Shown here in pieces: positions 9,448-11,693 of a DNA stretch of 11,693 bases. A program made the translations under genes and the position numbers. Positions within the stretch are counted from its first letter, which is position 1. Each line of letters begins with the position of its first letter. The stretch is from assembly GCA_036170655.1 (NCBI GenBank), contig JAVHPP010000103.1, positions 1-11,693 of the forward strand, written 5' to 3'. The notes under the pieces are model-generated. The model saw only the letters and a program-made list of their open reading frames with translations, made no database searches and was not told the origin of the DNA. Origin of the DNA: Candidatus Zixiibacteriota bacterium (GTDB lineage Bacteria > Zixibacteria > MSB-5A5 > WJJR01).

Positions 9448-9731
9448 CGACGGTTCTCTTTCGATGCGGCCGACAGAGCGTCATACTGCGCAGGTTGGCC
9501 TTGAGCGGAGGACGTCACCCGGACGATCAGGATCGAACGTTGCCCGAGACCGAGGATCGGCCAGGAGAAGAAGAAGATCCGGCCCGTATTTGGCGCGGAA
9601 GCCATTTGGGGCGATCTGTAGCCGCCATTCGCATGCGCGTCGTAACTGAATCGGCTCAGTCCCCAAGCCGACGGGACCATCACCATGACACACAGGATGA
9701 TCGCCAGAACACCCTTCAACACTCTGTTCAT
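9444..9731 (-). CDS. Small secreted protein/peptide precursor (95 aa) with a Sec signal peptide
   Basis: Strong RBS GGAGGTG before the ATG at 9731. N-region MNRVLK, hydrophobic core GVLAIILCVMVMV, c-region PSAWG. Its TGA overlaps the regulator ATG (ATGA). Confidence 0.7.
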   Translation of the reverse strand: MNRVLKGVLAIILCVMVMVPSAWGLSRFSYDAHANGGYRSPQMASAPNTGRIFFFSWPILGLGQRSILIVRVTSSAQGQPAQYDALSAASKENRR

Positions 9732-10000
9732 ACTGCACCTCCACCGTAAAGAGTTGAGAAGTTATGTGGCATCCTCCCGGTGCCACGTTGTCTTTTCCAG
9801 CCGAGGCTCCCGCGTTGCTATTGACGGGGAGTAGCAGAACCAGTAATTCCTGCGTATGGCAATGGCATAATGTCAAGTGAAAACTTGTGTTCATGGGCCC
9901 GCGGGGCGCCCAACCTCCATTTTTTTCAGCAGCGACGGGTGTTATTTCCCGCCGACGGACCAACCAAAACAAATACCTCTCAGTGGCGCCTCTATTCCCG

Positions 10001-10226
10001 AACTCGCGGTCAATTCCCACTAACTTGTTGTCATGCAACAAAAGCGCTCCGAAAACCGCAACCTTTGCTGCGTACTAACTTGTACGCACCCGTACGCAGC
10101 CAACATGCTGTCTGACAATAACGTCACGTTTCGTGCGTACTCCCGCTGCGCACGACCGCCCGTTTTGGACTGATCCAAACTCGTGGTCAATTCCCGCTAA
10201 CCTGTTGCCGGACAACAAAAGCGCTC
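10001..10226. repeat. 49-bp imperfect direct repeat (10001-10049 and 10178-10226), each copy with a TGTTG-N5-CAACA palindrome
   Basis: AACTCGCGGTCAATTCCCACTAACTTGTTGTCATGCAACAAAAGCGCTC versus AACTCGTGGTCAATTCCCGCTAACCTGTTGCCGGACAACAAAAGCGCTC: 42/49 identical by manual alignment. Confidence 0.9.
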
Positions 10227-10249
10227 TCAAAAATCGCATCTTCCACAAC

Positions 10250-10265
10250 CGGCACCGAAGTTGTT
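10250..10265 (+). promoter_or_regulatory. Candidate sigma54 (-24/-12) promoter
   Basis: CGGCAC-CGAAG-TTGTT versus consensus TGGCAC-N5-TTGCW: spacing is correct, but the -12 reads GT rather than GC. Confidence 0.35.
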
Positions 10266-10316
10266 ATACAACCAGCCCGTAGGGCACCGGGAAGTCATGC
10301 TCGTCTCCCGGGGGGG

Positions 10317-10658
10317 ATGCCCTCAATCGCGACCCCGCCGCCGCACCTCGGCCAAACGCTCACCACCATCAGCGGCGGCGGGGAAGCCAAAAGCGATGTG
10401 GCACTGAGACAGAAACCGCCCGGCGCACCGGGGACAGCGCAAGGGCTCACATGGAGCGCGCAGTGGCTATTCGGTGGGGCGCCCGGGCATTCTGGCGGGG
10501 CTATGCCCAAGGTGGAATGCGGTATTGTCTGCACGGTGTGCGGGATCGCTGGTGCGTGCACCTACCTGAAATGCGCGTTCGGCGGGATCGCGAATTTCGT
10601 CTGTGATTCTTGCGTGGGTGTGGACATTGCATGTATAATCTCATCATTCTTTCTGTGA
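10317..10658 (+). CDS. Hypothetical Gly/Cys-rich protein with a hydrophobic 8-Cys C-terminal domain (bacteriocin-like?); start uncertain, possibly a gene remnant
   Basis: The C-terminal 51 aa (ATG at 10503) read MPKVECGIVCTVCGIAGACTYLKCAFGGIANFVCDSCVGVDIACIISSFFL. Neither ATG has a convincing RBS. Confidence 0.45.
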   Translation: MPSIATPPPHLGQTLTTISGGGEAKSDVALRQKPPGAPGTAQGLTWSAQWLFGGAPGHSGGAMPKVECGIVCTVCGIAGACTYLKCAFGGIANFVCDSCVGVDIACIISSFFL

Positions 10659-10800
10659 TGCGCACGCGCTAGTTAGTAGAAGGTGCCGAATCGAGTTGGT
10701 TGGTTGGTCGAGACCCCACCATACCCCTTCCATACTGATCCAGTCATGTAAGACCGGGCGGGTGGAACGGGCGATTGCTGGGACGTGAAAGGAGGCTTGC

Positions 10801-11040
10801 ATGGCATTAGCATTAGCAGTATTGCACACCGTGGAACTAATCGGTTTGCTCCTCTTTGTTGGCTCCGTGTTCTTTCGCCGGCCAGATGCGCCAAAGCCAT
10901 CGTTTAACCCCAAGAACTGGACGCCGATTTGGAGGCAGGAGAGTCACTTCCGTGGACCTGGATTCATCATGATGTTCTTCGGGCTGGAGTTGTTTAGTCT
11001 TGCGTTCGTTGCGGATCTTACCCTGCGACTCTGCAAGTGA
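10801..11040 (+). CDS. Small hypothetical membrane protein (79 aa, two predicted TM helices)
   Basis: Strong RBS AAAGGAGG 5 nt before the ATG. Hydrophobic segments at about aa 3-25 and 55-75 flank a Pro/Trp-containing loop; a hairpin follows the stop. Confidence 0.7.
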   Translation: MALALAVLHTVELIGLLLFVGSVFFRRPDAPKPSFNPKNWTPIWRQESHFRGPGFIMMFFGLELFSLAFVADLTLRLCK

Positions 11041-11046
11041 AGCTTA

Positions 11047-11074
11047 GGGCGGGGTGCCCGCTGGCATCCCGCCC
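11047..11074 (+). terminator. 12-bp GC hairpin after the small membrane protein gene
   Basis: GGGCGGGGTGCC-CGCT-GGCATCCCGCCC (one G-U pair) begins 6 nt after the stop; the U-tract is poor. Confidence 0.5.
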
Positions 11075-11213
11075 GCCCTTGCCGAATTCGTCGATCACGC
11101 CCAGCGGGCTCTCGCCGGGAGACGATAGGCTGGTAAGACGATGAAGAAGTACTGGAGCCTCATAGTATTCGTTGTTGCGAGAATGGGGCCGACAGCCCGA
11201 GAGGAATATACTT

Positions 11214-11579
11214 ATGAAACCCAGCAGGAACACCGTGACCGCACGGACATTCATCGCCGCATTGTCGGTGGTCATGATCCTCGTCAGCCTCCTCGGCTGC
11301 AGCAAGGCGACCAAACCGAAGGAGGTGAAGTACAACCTCTACGTCGGGGCAACACGGTATGGCGGTATCGAGGACTCGACCTACTCCAGGATCTACATCT
11401 ACGACGCCGATGTCGCCGACAGCCTGAACCTCATTGATTCAATTGCCCAAGCAGGCTTTATCAACGATCTGCAAGCGGTGGGGCACCCGGCCATGACAAT
11501 TGATCTCAAGCATGAAAGGAACTTCCATGTTGACAGGATTGGTGATTGTTCTGTCAGATCTGGCGATCACGGGTCTTGA
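11214..11579 (+). CDS. Lipoprotein, probably a truncated beta-propeller-type protein (possible pseudogene)
   Basis: RBS GAGAGG before the ATG at 11214. Signal MKPSRNTVTARTFIAALSVVMILVSLLG-C (lipobox LLGC), then beta-strand-like YNLYVG...IYIYDAD...LIDSI...INDL, then an atypical short tail. Confidence 0.6.
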   Translation: MKPSRNTVTARTFIAALSVVMILVSLLGCSKATKPKEVKYNLYVGATRYGGIEDSTYSRIYIYDADVADSLNLIDSIAQAGFINDLQAVGHPAMTIDLKHERNFHVDRIGDCSVRSGDHGS

Positions 11580-11693
11580 AAAGAAGACGCCATCGAAATA
11601 TCTTATGTGCAGTGAGAGTATTGTGAGCCGCTGCACAGCATGCAGGGGCGAGTAGCTGGGTTGTCGCCATGGGCGGAGATGCGGGCTGTCCTG

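Noticed and set aside
9845..9876. Perfect TTGACA on the minus strand (9871-9876) as the sigma70 promoter of the peptide-regulator operon
   Set aside because: There is no acceptable -10 hexamer at 16-18 nt spacing.
9481..10041. 186-aa minus-strand ORF spanning the intergenic region
   Set aside because: It overlaps the better-supported signal-peptide ORF in another frame, lacks an RBS and protein-like features, and crosses motif-rich regulatory DNA.
10001..10226. CRISPR array interpretation of the direct repeat
   Set aside because: There are only two imperfect 49-bp copies separated by 128 bp, with no regular spacers and no cas genes.
10310..10316. G7 tract before the Cys-rich ORF as a phase-variation switch
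   Set aside because: Seven G's is short for GC-rich DNA, and shifting frame from the ATG at 10297 would add only a few codons and no signal peptide.
6817..11693. tRNA-Leu as the integration site of a genomic island carrying the accessory genes
   Set aside because: The accessory block lies on the 5' side of the tRNA, whereas integration normally targets the 3' end. No integrase or duplicated tRNA fragment is visible.

Overview
GC-rich bacterial DNA in two parts. Left (1-7003) is housekeeping. A minus-strand run tRNA-Leu(TAG) > tig > clpP > clpX > engB/yihA > purA > DUF2238 membrane protein follows a good sigma70-like promoter and converges on the 3' part of an HD-domain hydrolase gene. Right (7140-11693) is accessory-looking. 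A small signal-peptide ORF overlaps (ATGA) a 752-aa TPR-like/sigma54 AAA+/Fis-HTH activator that lacks a receiver domain and has a Walker B D>N change. Next is a ~585-bp divergent intergenic region with a 49-bp direct repeat, two palindrome families and a candidate -24/-12 promoter. On the + strand follow a Cys-rich hydrophobic peptide ORF, a small 2-TM protein and an apparently truncated lipoprotein. My best hypothesis (inference, not tested by any search) is a peptide-sensing, RRNPP-like sigma54 signalling module that may control a bacteriocin-like peptide/immunity pair.
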